Shown: positions 46,662 to 55,907 of the stretch, one piece after another | Layout: every line of letters starts with the position of its first letter | Position numbering within the stretch: position 1 is the stretch's first letter | Source: Deltaproteobacteria bacterium | Lineage (GTDB): Bacteria > Myxococcota_A > UBA9160 > SMWR01 | DNA length: 64,000 bases | Direction of reading: 5' to 3' | Assembly: GCA_032128115.1 (NCBI GenBank) | Contig: JAQBHB010000002.1 | Span: 5,385 to 69,384 of the forward strand | The notes under the pieces: generated by a model | What the model saw: only the letters and a program-made list of their open reading frames with translations | What the model was told of the DNA's origin: nothing | Database searches by the model: none | Position numbers and translations under genes: made by a program

Positions 46662-47327
46662 ATCATCATCCTGTACGGCCCCGCATCCGCTCCGTTCACG
46701 GAGAAGGTTCGCCGTGCGCTCCTGCTCAAAAAGCTGGAGTTCAAGATGCGCGAGCCCGAGGGGCCCGAAGACTACAAGCGTTGGAGTCCCAAGACGGGGC
46801 TGCTGCCGGTGCTCGAGATCGACGGCGTGCGTATCGCCGACTCCACCGACATCCTGTACGCGCTGGACGAGCGCTTTCCCGAGCCGCCGCTGCTGTCGTC
46901 CGACAGCAAGGTGGCCGAGCAGCAACGGCAGCTGGAGGACTGGGCCGACGAGTCGTTCCTCTGGTACTTCCTGGCGTTCTTTCGCGGCCCCGGGCGCGTC
47001 ATCCCGGTGGAGGAGAGCGAGCGCAGGCGCACGCGTCGGATGCCCCGCTTCCTGCGCCGGATGCTGGCGTGGCTGCGCTCGGGCGGCACCTGGGAGCGGC
47101 CGGAGACGGCCCTGGTGCGCGGCCTCGGCGACCGCCTCGACGATCTGGTGAACTTCCTGGGCGCCCGGCCCTTCTTCCACTCGGACCGGGTGAGCATGGC
47201 CGACCTGGCCGTCTACGGAATGCTCCACTCCATGCGCCGCGACTCGATCCCGGGCTCGGCCGGCATGCTGACCGGACGCCCCGCCCTCGTGGAATTCATG
47301 CACCGCCTGGAAGCCGAAACCGGCTAG
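46662..47327 (+). CDS. Glutathione S-transferase-like protein; true start unresolved
   Basis: The ORF-track start is ATG 46746. The thioredoxin-fold beta1-alpha1 (IIILYGPASAPFTEKVRRALLLKKLEF) is encoded in frame upstream, with no ATG/GTG/TTG between it and the in-frame TGA at 46617. 46662 (ATC) is a placeholder. Confidence 0.6.
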   Translation: MIILYGPASAPFTEKVRRALLLKKLEFKMREPEGPEDYKRWSPKTGLLPVLEIDGVRIADSTDILYALDERFPEPPLLSSDSKVAEQQRQLEDWADESFLWYFLAFFRGPGRVIPVEESERRRTRRMPRFLRRMLAWLRSGGTWERPETALVRGLGDRLDDLVNFLGARPFFHSDRVSMADLAVYGMLHSMRRDSIPGSAGMLTGRPALVEFMHRLEAETG

Positions 47328-47662
47328 GCGAGGGCTTCCGTCTTGGCGGCGAACACGAAGTCGCTCTCGGTGAGACCGTTGATGGTGTGAGTCCAGATCA
47401 CCACCTTCACGCGGCCCCAGGCCAGGTGGATGTCCGGGTGGTGCGATTGTTCTTCGGCCAGCCCCCCCACCCGATTGGTGAAGCTGAGCGCCTCGCGAAA
47501 GTCCGCGAAGCGGTACTCCTTTTCCAGATGATGGGATTCGATGACGGACCAGCCTGCGCCGAGCTGCTCACGCAGTGCGGCCAGGGCGTCGCCCGCCAAC
47601 GGGGGCACGTTCCGCCTGCAAGGCACGCATTTCCCGGCTGCGAGTTCGTCACGGCCGCCCAT
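47324..47662 (-). CDS. phhB: Pterin-4-alpha-carbinolamine dehydratase
   Basis: Inner ATG of ORF 47324..48274. Contains ...FADFREALSFTNRVGGLAEEQSHHPDIHLAWGRVKVVIWTHTINGLTESDF. Confidence 0.85.
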   Translation of the reverse strand: MGGRDELAAGKCVPCRRNVPPLAGDALAALREQLGAGWSVIESHHLEKEYRFADFREALSFTNRVGGLAEEQSHHPDIHLAWGRVKVVIWTHTINGLTESDFVFAAKTEALA

Positions 47663-47695
47663 CGCGCCAGCATACCGGGTTATGATTCGCGCGTC

Positions 47696-48346
47696 GTGAC
47701 CCGATCCCAAAAGGCCCGGAAGATCCAGGAGATCCTGGACGCGCTGTACCCGGAGACGGAGATTCCGCTGCGCCACCGCGACCCGTACACGCTGCTGGTG
47801 GCGGTGCTGCTCTCGGCCCAGTGCACCGACAAGCGCGTGAACGAGATCACGCCCCAGCTGTTCTCGCTGGCCTCGAAGCCCGAGCAGATGGCGCGGCTCT
47901 CGGTGCAAGAGATCCAGCGCATCATCCGCCCCTGCGGGTTGGCTCCGGCGAAGGCGCGCGCCATCAAGTCGCTCTCGCAGATCCTGTTGGACGAGCACCA
48001 GGGCAAGGTGCCCGATTCGTTCGAGGCTCTGGAGGCGCTGCCGGGCGTGGGCCACAAGACAGCCAGCGTCGTGATGTCCCAGGCGTTCGGAAGGCCCGCC
48101 TTCCCCGTGGACACCCACATCCACCGACTCGCCGCACGCTGGGGCCTCTCCAACGGGCGCACCGTCGAGCAGACCGAGCGCGACCTGAAAAAGCTCTTCG
48201 ATCCCGAGGAGTGGGGCCGCGTGCACCTGCAGCTGATCTACTTCGGCCGCGAATACTGCCCGGCTCGCGGCCACGACCTGTCGGAATGCCCCGTCTGCGG
48301 CTGGGCTGCTTCGAAGGCCCGCATCTCGCGGGAAGCGAATCGGTAG
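47696..48346 (+). CDS. nth: Endonuclease III
   Basis: GTG start inside ORF 46403..48346. Contains LLVAVLLSAQCTDKRVN...LPGVGHKTASVV...VDTHIHR...CPARGHDLSECPVCG (HhH-GPD plus 4Fe-4S cluster loop). Confidence 0.85.
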   Translation: MTRSQKARKIQEILDALYPETEIPLRHRDPYTLLVAVLLSAQCTDKRVNEITPQLFSLASKPEQMARLSVQEIQRIIRPCGLAPAKARAIKSLSQILLDEHQGKVPDSFEALEALPGVGHKTASVVMSQAFGRPAFPVDTHIHRLAARWGLSNGRTVEQTERDLKKLFDPEEWGRVHLQLIYFGREYCPARGHDLSECPVCGWAASKARISREANR

Positions 48347-48358
48347 TTTTCTGGACTG

Positions 48359-50956
48359 TCAGGTTCCGATTCGCCGCAGAACGATCAGCGGACCCACGGG
48401 ATTCTTCTCCCATGTGAGGTCGATCTCCGTGTGGAGCGCCCAGAGGTCGTCGCCCTTCGGGTCGGCCAACACCTGGGTAACGTCCCAGGTGCGGGGAGAT
48501 GTGCGCACCAGGCGCGTGCGGTCGTTCCGGCGCGCGTCGGGAGTGAAGACGATGTGCTCATACTCCTCGAAGAAGCGCGCGAGCTCTCCCTGGAAGCGAC
48601 TGGCGTCCCACCCGTCGTCCGGATCCTGGCGCACACCCGCGGCGGCCGCTTCGTAATCGCCGGCGGCCAGCGCCCTCACCAGGGCGTGCAGCTCGGATCG
48701 CACGCGCGCCACCAGCAGGCGCTCCTGGCGTGCCAGATCGAGAACCGGCGGCGCCATCGGTGCGGCGTCTCGCACCGGGCGGCCCTGGGGTTCGAGCAGG
48801 CTCTCCCAGGTCTCCACCAGACTCGAGTCGACCGCCGCCAGCAACGTGCGCAGGAAGGCGATCACCTCGATCACCGACTCGCGGCGCGCCCACTCGGGCA
48901 CGCTCTTCACCAGGACGTTGTGCACCTGGCTCAGATACCGCAGCAGAAGCCCCTCACTGCGCGCCACGCCGTACTCGCGAATGAAGTCGTTGAAGCCGAG
49001 GCAGGCCTCGAACATCTCACGAGCCACGCTCTTGGGGTGGATGGCCTCCTCGCGCAGCCACGGGTGGGCCTCGGCGAATATCGCCCAGGTGGCGTGCAGG
49101 AACTCGGCTTCGGGTTGCGGGTGGGAGACGCGATCGAGCTGCGTGATGCGCTCTTCGTAGGGCACGCCCTCGGCCTTGAGACGCGCGAGCAGCGCGCGTT
49201 TCGCCTTGTTCACCTGGGCCCACAGAAGGGGCCGCGGATCGTCGACGATGGCCTCCACCAGCGAGAGGACCTGCAGGGCGTAGTCGGACGCGTCGGGATC
49301 GAGGGCAGCCACGGCCTCCACCAGGTAGAGCGACAGGGTGTGGTGGAGCGAGAAATCGACCTGCAGGTCCTCGTCCACCCAGACCCGGCCCGGCGAGCCG
49401 TCGAAACCAGCCGCGAGCTTGACGACGCCGGCGCGGCGCAGGGAGCGGAAGAGCGCCGCCGCGCGGCGGCGCAGAACCTTCTTCGACGCCGGGCTTCCGT
49501 GGCTGAGATCGATCAGCTCTGCCAACGCGCCGTAGCCACCGCGGCGCTCCTCGCCCACACCTTCGCGCTGGAGAATCGCCACCAGCATGCCGTGGCCCAC
49601 GTCGAACACGGGCCGCAGCATTTCGGGAGGCGTCTCGATCAGGCGCTCGAAGGTGTCCCCGTTCCAGGCCACGAAGTTCCGCGGGGCGGGCACCTTTCTG
49701 GGGTTCTTGCGCTTCGAGCCCGCGGCCGACGCCCGCGCCGACGCGCGCTTGTTCTCGATGATGTGCTCGGGCGCCTGACACACCACGCTGCCGTGTTCGT
49801 CGAAGCCCTTGCGCCCCGCCCGGCCCGCGATCTGCTTGAACTCGCGCACGCCCAGGATCGACACCTTCTCGCCGTCGAACTTGCTGAGCCTCGTGAAAAC
49901 CACGGTGCGGATGGGGATGTTGACGCCAACACCGAGCGTGTCGGTTCCACAGATCACCTTCAGCAGCCCCTGCTGGGCCAGCTGTTCCACCAGCAGGCGA
50001 TACCGGGGCAGCAGGCCCGCGTGATGCACGCCGATGCCCGCGCGCACGAAGCGCTGGAACTCCTTGCCGTATGCCGAGTCGAAGCGAACACCTTCGAGTG
50101 TCCTGGCAAGAGTCTGCCTCTCCTCGCGACTCGTGACCTTCGTGCTGGTGAGCCCCTGGGCGCGTTCGGCGCACTCGCGCTGGGTGAAGCCCACCACGTA
50201 GACGGGAATCCGGCCGGATTCGATCAGGGATTCGATGGTGTCGTGCAGCGGCGTCTCGCGGTACTCGAAGTCGAGCGGCACCGGGCGCTCGTCAGAGAAG
50301 ACCGAAGCCACGTCGCGGCCGCTGCGCTCGCGCAAGCGCGACTCGATCACGGCCGTGTTGCCAAGGGTGGCCGACATGAGCAGGAAGCGGGTGTGCGGGA
50401 GCGCCAGCAGCGGGATCTGCCAGGCCGACCCCCGGCCGGGGTCGCCGTAGAAGTGGAATTCATCCATCACCACGTACGGAACCGCCAGGTGCTCGCCCCA
50501 GTGCATGCACATCTGCGAGAGCACCTCCGTGGTGCAGCACACGACGGGCGCGTCCGGGTTGATGCTGGCATCGCCGGTGAGCATGCCCACGTGGGTCGCA
50601 CCCAGGTCCTCGCACAGGGCGAAGAACTTCTCGCTCACGAGCGCCTTGGTGGGAGCCGTGTAGAACGAGCGCCGATCTTCGCAGAGCGCCTTGAAGTGGA
50701 GGCCCAGGGCCACCAGCGACTTGCCCGAGCCCGTGGGCGTGTTCAACACCACGTGGCGATCGGCCATCAGCTCGAGAAGCGCTTCTTCCTGGTGGGCAAA
50801 AGGTTCGAGCCCCGTGTCCGCCACCCACTCGAGGAAGGCCCCGAGGATCTCGACGGGATCCCGGGCGCCGCCGCTCGGGATCCGCGCGGCCAGGGAGGGG
50901 CGCTCCGGAGTGTCGTCTGCTTCCGCCATGGGTTCGACGACCGACGATACCGCCAC
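48359..50956 (-). CDS. Ski2/DEAD-DEAH superfamily-2 helicase with long C-terminal domain (DUF3516-type architecture)
   Basis: Contains NTPTGSGKS (motif I), VMDEFH (motif II), MSATL, and QIAGRAGRKG (motif VI). About 400 aa of C-terminal extension. Confidence 0.8.
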   Translation of the reverse strand: MAVSSVVEPMAEADDTPERPSLAARIPSGGARDPVEILGAFLEWVADTGLEPFAHQEEALLELMADRHVVLNTPTGSGKSLVALGLHFKALCEDRRSFYTAPTKALVSEKFFALCEDLGATHVGMLTGDASINPDAPVVCCTTEVLSQMCMHWGEHLAVPYVVMDEFHFYGDPGRGSAWQIPLLALPHTRFLLMSATLGNTAVIESRLRERSGRDVASVFSDERPVPLDFEYRETPLHDTIESLIESGRIPVYVVGFTQRECAERAQGLTSTKVTSREERQTLARTLEGVRFDSAYGKEFQRFVRAGIGVHHAGLLPRYRLLVEQLAQQGLLKVICGTDTLGVGVNIPIRTVVFTRLSKFDGEKVSILGVREFKQIAGRAGRKGFDEHGSVVCQAPEHIIENKRASARASAAGSKRKNPRKVPAPRNFVAWNGDTFERLIETPPEMLRPVFDVGHGMLVAILQREGVGEERRGGYGALAELIDLSHGSPASKKVLRRRAAALFRSLRRAGVVKLAAGFDGSPGRVWVDEDLQVDFSLHHTLSLYLVEAVAALDPDASDYALQVLSLVEAIVDDPRPLLWAQVNKAKRALLARLKAEGVPYEERITQLDRVSHPQPEAEFLHATWAIFAEAHPWLREEAIHPKSVAREMFEACLGFNDFIREYGVARSEGLLLRYLSQVHNVLVKSVPEWARRESVIEVIAFLRTLLAAVDSSLVETWESLLEPQGRPVRDAAPMAPPVLDLARQERLLVARVRSELHALVRALAAGDYEAAAAGVRQDPDDGWDASRFQGELARFFEEYEHIVFTPDARRNDRTRLVRTSPRTWDVTQVLADPKGDDLWALHTEIDLTWEKNPVGPLIVLRRIGT

Positions 50957-50980
50957 CCCGGCCTGCCGCCGAGTTCGGCC

Positions 50981-51289
50981 TCAGGAGCCGCGGGCGTGCT
51001 CCTCGTTGCGGATGCGGAAATCGTGCGCCGCGAAGGCGAGCGCGAGCACCATCGCCCCCGCGAGCCCGGCTTCTACCCAGCGGCTGGCACCACCGCTTCC
51101 GACGATCGCGAGCTCCAGGACCCTGGTGATGAGGATCATCCCCTCCCCTCCTGCGACGACCAGGGTCAGGTCGCGGGCCCAGCGCGGAGGCGGCTGATCG
51201 GCAGTCTGGCGACGCCGTGCGATCGATACGGCGACCACCACCCCGGCCAGACCCAGCACGACGAACGTGATCATGGAGAAACTAGACAT
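50981..51289 (-). CDS. Small three-TM membrane protein, candidate cognate (immunity-like) partner of the RHS C-terminus
   Basis: Inner ATG of ORF 50981..51475. MSSFSMITFVVLGLAGVVVAVSIARRR...MILITRVLELAIVG...GLAGAMVLALAFAA. The start overlaps the RHS stop by 8 nt. Confidence 0.55.
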   Translation of the reverse strand: MSSFSMITFVVLGLAGVVVAVSIARRRQTADQPPPRWARDLTLVVAGGEGMILITRVLELAIVGSGGASRWVEAGLAGAMVLALAFAAHDFRIRNEEHARGS

Positions 51290-54200
51290 GAAAGCCTCCG
51301 AGGCGTCCGCGCATGCGGCGACTGCAGAGCAGCACCAGGAGGGCCAGCATGATCTCGGGTCCTCCCAGGCCGCAGTAGCTGCCCGAGAATCCGAGTGGAC
51401 CCCCTCCACCCGAGCCGGGCCCGATGTCGGGGCTCGATCCCGATTCCGATCCCAATCCCTCGCCCTGCTCCGCAAGATCGGCCTCGACGGCCCTCCTCAG
51501 GTTGTCGACCGCCAGGACCCAGGCCCCGACTGCGGCCAGCAACACGGGAGTGCCCACCACGGGAGGGGCAAACCAGGCAGCCGCCATGGCGCCAGTGAGG
51601 GCCACCGAGGCGACACCCAGCTCGATCGCGGCCCTTTCCACGGCGGCGCCCGTGTTGGGCTGGGATTGCGCGCCTTCCGGATCCCAGAACCAGATGGGGT
51701 TGCCAAGGGTATAGGCATAGGTGTTTACCCAGTTGAAACGGGCATCGGGGGACAGGAAGCGACCGACGGCGGGATCGTAGACGCGCTCGCCGAGCAGCAT
51801 GACGTCGCCGATCTCGGCGCCGCCGGCGAAGCTCACGCGCTCGGCCTCGCCGCCCACGAGTTCGGCATCGACACCGTACGGGTGGTAGCGGAAATGCTGC
51901 ACGACCCGGCCCTCGGCATCAGTGACGAAGCTCACGTTGCGGCGGAAGTCGAAGTGGCGGTAGCGGGGGTCGTCGGCGCCCAGCCGGATCGAAACCGCGC
52001 CCAGGTCCAGCACACCGGCGTCGGTGACCCGGCCGCCGAAGAGCGTCCACGACTGGACGACGCCCGCGGCCGACCACGAGACCGGCCGTCCCAGCAGATC
52101 CCATCCGAACCCGTCGTCGCCGATGGAGGCGATCCTTCCGTCGGCCGTCCACGTGATTGGCAGGCCATTGCGCGAGGTGACGAACCCGGCCTCGTCATAA
52201 CCGTAGCTGTAGACGGTGTCGGGACCTTCACAATGGGACAGCACCGCCCGGAGCAGGCGGCTTCCCTCGCTGTCGTAGTCGAACTCCCGGCGGTTCCCGC
52301 AGCCGTCGGCATCGGCGTCGACCTGGTTGCCGCGTTCGTCGTAGGCGTAGACACGGTCGGGGTCGACACCGTTGGCGTAGGAGAACACGCGGGGGGCCGC
52401 CGTACCCACGGGACCCAACCGGTAGACTTCATCCGCCACGCGAGTGGCGGCCCCATGAGTCGTGGTGGAACTCGTGATCTCCCAGTACGGGCTGCCCGAC
52501 ACCGGAACCACTCCCTGCCTCGCCAAGGTCGACTCGGCGATCCGGTTTCCCCACGCATCCAGCGTCTCGCTGGCCAGCAGATCGCCGGATTCCACCTCGT
52601 ATTCGAAGGCGCGAACCAGACCGTTCCCGTAGCGGATCTCGCGCAGCTGCCCCGCTGCGAACTCGCGCTCCAGGAGCAGGTTGCCCTGGTGCGTGACCCG
52701 GATCTCCCGGTCGGCGAGATCGTAGCCGCGGGCCACGTCTTCGTCGGGCCGTCCGGGTATCCGCCAGGTCTCGAGCACCACGCGCGAGCGCAGGTCGTAT
52801 TCCACGTCGAGCACCTCGCCAGACGGATACGTGGTGCGCGCGCGCCGACCCGCGAGATCGTATTCGTAGACTTCGCTGCCGCCGCGCACCGAGTCGTAGT
52901 ACTCGCGCAGCTCGCCCCCGACCCAGGTGAAGTGGGCCTCCCCCTCCACGACGCCGTGACGCAGGATGCGCCTCGCCACCACGCGGTCCGCCGCGTCATG
53001 GTCCATCTCGATCCGCATGCCATTGGCGCGCTCCATGGCGGTGGGATTGCCCGAGAGATCGTACTCGAAGTGCGTGTCGCGCCAGACGCCATCGACGATC
53101 TCGCTCAGGCGCTCGAGACGCCCCAGGGCGTCATGCTGCATCTCGTGGTGGGCGCCGCCCGGGCGCGTCACACGCAACACCTTGCCGTCACCGCCTCTGA
53201 CGATGTCCACCGAGCCCGTCGCCGAGATCTCGCCCTCCACGTCTGTGGCGAACAGCCCGATCGAGGCCAGGTTTCCGTCGCCGTCGTGGCCTCGGATTCC
53301 AATACCGCCCTCGACGAGCACGAGAGAATCCCCGAAGCCGCTGGTCTGGTTGCCGGCGGCGTCGAATCCCCGATCCTGGGTGACGTCGGCGCGCATGATT
53401 TCGGTGGGTCGGCCGTTCGCCCCGCGTCCATCGAAGCGGATGCGCACCCCGCTGGGAAGCGTCACGTCCCTCACTTCGCCGTGGTCGTAGGGCGGGAGGC
53501 ACGCCTCCCCGCCCTGGCAGTAGCCCGCCAGGTAGCTGAGGGTGATCTGCTCGCCTTCGCCGTTGCGGGTCCGGAACAGACGTCCGAGTGGTTGGTAGCC
53601 GTGCTCGGACACCAATCCCAGCGAATCGGAGATCTGGCTGCGCGGCGTGGCGAAGGCGTCGAAGGGATTGAGCCCGTGGCGAGCGTAACTCATGTGCACG
53701 ACGTTGCCGGACGGGAGGATCTCGGTCTCGATCTCGTCCTGTTCCCAGGTCCAGCGCGTCACCGCCCCGTTCGGGTCCACGCGGAGCACCGGGTTGCGCC
53801 CTTGCCAGGTGTGGGCCACCACGTCCCCGGTCTCCGCGTTCTCCGACCGCACCAGACGTCGCTCCCGGTCATAGCGCAGATGAATCCGATGACCGCGCGG
53901 CGAGAGCACGATCGTCCGGTAGGTCCCGTCGGAGGCCTCCCCGGTGTAGGCAAACGAGTGGGTCGGGCTGCCTGTCGCCGCATCACCGACTTGCACCACG
54001 CGGGAGATGCGCTTCGAGGCGACCTGATAGGCGTACTCGACGCGCTGGCCTTCGCAGCCGATCTGGGCCACCAGCAGGCCTCCGTCGTATTCGTACCGGG
54101 TGCCGTCGAGACCCGCTTCGATCTCGGCGGGGCTCCGGGCGCGCAGCAATCGGCCGACCGCATCGAATTCGAAGCGGGCAGTGCGCGCGGAGGAGGCGGA

Positions 54201-54842
54201 TTCGATGGACGACACCCCGTGGGTGTCGTACACGACGTGGAAGAGGTCGTCGCAGACCTCGACCCCCTTGTGAGCATCGCACTGACGGATGAGTGTGGTG
54301 CGGGAATCACCCACGAACTCGAGGCGCGGCCACGGTTCGGTCACGCGGCGCAGGACGCGAAGGCGCCCAGCGGCGTCGAACTCGTGGAGGATTCCGCCCT
54401 TCGACTTCAATCGGGTGGCGTCGATCACGACCCAGACCGTGCCGGGGATGACGGCGCCCTCGGGCACGCCCGTCAGGTCGTGGCTTGCGCCCGTGGCGGC
54501 CACGAAGGTCGCTCCGTCGTAGCTCACATCGAACGACCAGAGCCAGCTTCCGGTAGCCGAATTGTAGGCCGCGCCAACGGCAAACTCGCCAAGCAGGGTG
54601 GCCTGGCGGATCCCTTCCCTCGCGACATAGAGATTGCCACCGGCCGCATTCACGAGGCCGCCAGGCACCGGAACCGCCGCGAAACGCTGGTAGTACGGAA
54701 TGCCGGCCGAGGGCGCGAGCGGTGGATTCTCCGTGGGACATCCGAGCGACGCCACGACCAGCACGAGCCAGGGGACGAGCGCAGCCCTTGCGATCCGGAC
54801 GCCGGCCCGAGGCGTGCGAGCGATTCGGGTTGCGTGTCTCAT
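51282..54842 (-). CDS. RHS/YD-repeat lipoprotein with hydrophobic C-terminal region
   Basis: Inner ATG (MRHATRIA...) gives a signal peptide with lipobox-like VASLGC. There are many YD-type repeats (YEYD, YAYD, FEYD...). The RHS core end reads GERVYDPAVGRFLSPD...NTYAYTLGNPIWFWDPEGA, followed by a ~128-aa tail. Confidence 0.85.
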   Translation of the reverse strand: MRHATRIARTPRAGVRIARAALVPWLVLVVASLGCPTENPPLAPSAGIPYYQRFAAVPVPGGLVNAAGGNLYVAREGIRQATLLGEFAVGAAYNSATGSWLWSFDVSYDGATFVAATGASHDLTGVPEGAVIPGTVWVVIDATRLKSKGGILHEFDAAGRLRVLRRVTEPWPRLEFVGDSRTTLIRQCDAHKGVEVCDDLFHVVYDTHGVSSIESASSARTARFEFDAVGRLLRARSPAEIEAGLDGTRYEYDGGLLVAQIGCEGQRVEYAYQVASKRISRVVQVGDAATGSPTHSFAYTGEASDGTYRTIVLSPRGHRIHLRYDRERRLVRSENAETGDVVAHTWQGRNPVLRVDPNGAVTRWTWEQDEIETEILPSGNVVHMSYARHGLNPFDAFATPRSQISDSLGLVSEHGYQPLGRLFRTRNGEGEQITLSYLAGYCQGGEACLPPYDHGEVRDVTLPSGVRIRFDGRGANGRPTEIMRADVTQDRGFDAAGNQTSGFGDSLVLVEGGIGIRGHDGDGNLASIGLFATDVEGEISATGSVDIVRGGDGKVLRVTRPGGAHHEMQHDALGRLERLSEIVDGVWRDTHFEYDLSGNPTAMERANGMRIEMDHDAADRVVARRILRHGVVEGEAHFTWVGGELREYYDSVRGGSEVYEYDLAGRRARTTYPSGEVLDVEYDLRSRVVLETWRIPGRPDEDVARGYDLADREIRVTHQGNLLLEREFAAGQLREIRYGNGLVRAFEYEVESGDLLASETLDAWGNRIAESTLARQGVVPVSGSPYWEITSSTTTHGAATRVADEVYRLGPVGTAAPRVFSYANGVDPDRVYAYDERGNQVDADADGCGNRREFDYDSEGSRLLRAVLSHCEGPDTVYSYGYDEAGFVTSRNGLPITWTADGRIASIGDDGFGWDLLGRPVSWSAAGVVQSWTLFGGRVTDAGVLDLGAVSIRLGADDPRYRHFDFRRNVSFVTDAEGRVVQHFRYHPYGVDAELVGGEAERVSFAGGAEIGDVMLLGERVYDPAVGRFLSPDARFNWVNTYAYTLGNPIWFWDPEGAQSQPNTGAAVERAAIELGVASVALTGAMAAAWFAPPVVGTPVLLAAVGAWVLAVDNLRRAVEADLAEQGEGLGSESGSSPDIGPGSGGGGPLGFSGSYCGLGGPEIMLALLVLLCSRRMRGRLGGFHV

Positions 54843-55190
54843 CTGCGTGTCCTCCGGGGCAACCGGAGTGATGCAGTCACCCCGGGCAGAGCACAGGAGC
54901 AATGTCCGTGCCAGCTGCCGGAGAGCGGAAAGACACGAAATCGGGTGGGAGTTCGATACGCGGATCAGACGCTCACGCCGCGCCGGCGGCCGCTCTGGGC
55001 GCGGGAGAGCGTTCAGCGCCGAAACGACTGCGTCCGCCGCCGGCCGGGAGTGTTCGGCTTCCGGGTTCCCGGGACGCAGCGCAGATCACGACGTGCGGGA
55101 CGACGACAGCGTTCCCGGCGTCGTCGGGTTCTCGCAGCGGCCATCGACTCGAGTTCACGCGACCCGGATTCGCGGTAAGCTGCCGCGCCC

Positions 55191-55907
55191 ATGGAATTCG
55201 AGAGCTGGCAGCAGTTCTACCAGAGCGATCTGCAGGGGTTCACCTCGCTGATCGTCGTGCCGGCTTTCTTCCTGGTCTATCTCCTGGCCGGGCGCGGCCC
55301 GCGCGAACGGGCGGGCGGATCGGACGAGGCGCGTTTCGTCCGGACCTATGCCCTGGTGTTCTGCGCGGAGACGATCCTCGACCCCCTGTTCACGGGTCCG
55401 CTGACGAAGGCCCTCGAGCTCGGGGACACAGCCGCCTCGGCGGTCATGATCCCCTTCGTCCTGCTCGGCGACTTTCGCGTGCTGCTGCCCGTGTTCTTTC
55501 TCGCCCGCGTGGGCGCGGGACACGGGCAACGCGTCGGACGCGCAGCCGGTCTGACGCTTCTGGTGCCGGCCTTCGCCGTCAGCGTCGATGCGGCGATCGG
55601 CTGGCTCCGCCCGGATCTCGAAGCGCAGTTCCTGTGGATCGCCTACGAGCTGGCCTTCCTGGTCCTGGCCCTCGCATTGCGCCACCGCTTCGTCCCGCGC
55701 TGGACTGCCGATCGGCCCGATCTCGGACGTCGCCTGCGCGCACTGCTCGCGTACGCGGCGACCTACTACGCCCTCTGGGCCGCGTCGGATCTGCTGATCT
55801 TCCACGCCGGCGTCGACGCCGGCTGGCTCTTGCGAGCGCTCCCCAACCAGCTCTACTACGCCTTCTGGGTTCCCTTTGCGTACTGGACGCTCTCGCGCGA
55901 GCTCTAG
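55191..55907 (+). CDS. Polytopic integral membrane protein, unknown function
   Basis: 238 aa with about six hydrophobic segments. No recognisable motif. Confidence 0.6.
   Translation: MEFESWQQFYQSDLQGFTSLIVVPAFFLVYLLAGRGPRERAGGSDEARFVRTYALVFCAETILDPLFTGPLTKALELGDTAASAVMIPFVLLGDFRVLLPVFFLARVGAGHGQRVGRAAGLTLLVPAFAVSVDAAIGWLRPDLEAQFLWIAYELAFLVLALALRHRFVPRWTADRPDLGRRLRALLAYAATYYALWAASDLLIFHAGVDAGWLLRALPNQLYYAFWVPFAYWTLSREL

Noticed and set aside
46620-46680. Selenocysteine recoding of the TGA at 46617.
   Set aside because: It is not called. I could not identify a convincing SECIS-type hairpin by eye, and neither crotonases nor GSTs are typical selenoproteins. It is kept only as one of several alternatives to test.
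51267-55178. 1,303-aa plus-strand ORF. Other very long ORFs of the same kind are 48431..51352 +, 37232..40039 +, 7657..9651 +, 8976..10898 -, 5875..7449 -, 13642.. and 83..1366 +.
   Set aside because: They run antisense to genes with clear family motifs (RHS, helicase, PEPCK, M18 peptidase, permease, ACAD, NrdJ). Their composition is Arg/Gly/Pro/Ala-rich and low in complexity, typical of stop-poor shadow frames in high-GC DNA. No motifs were recognised.
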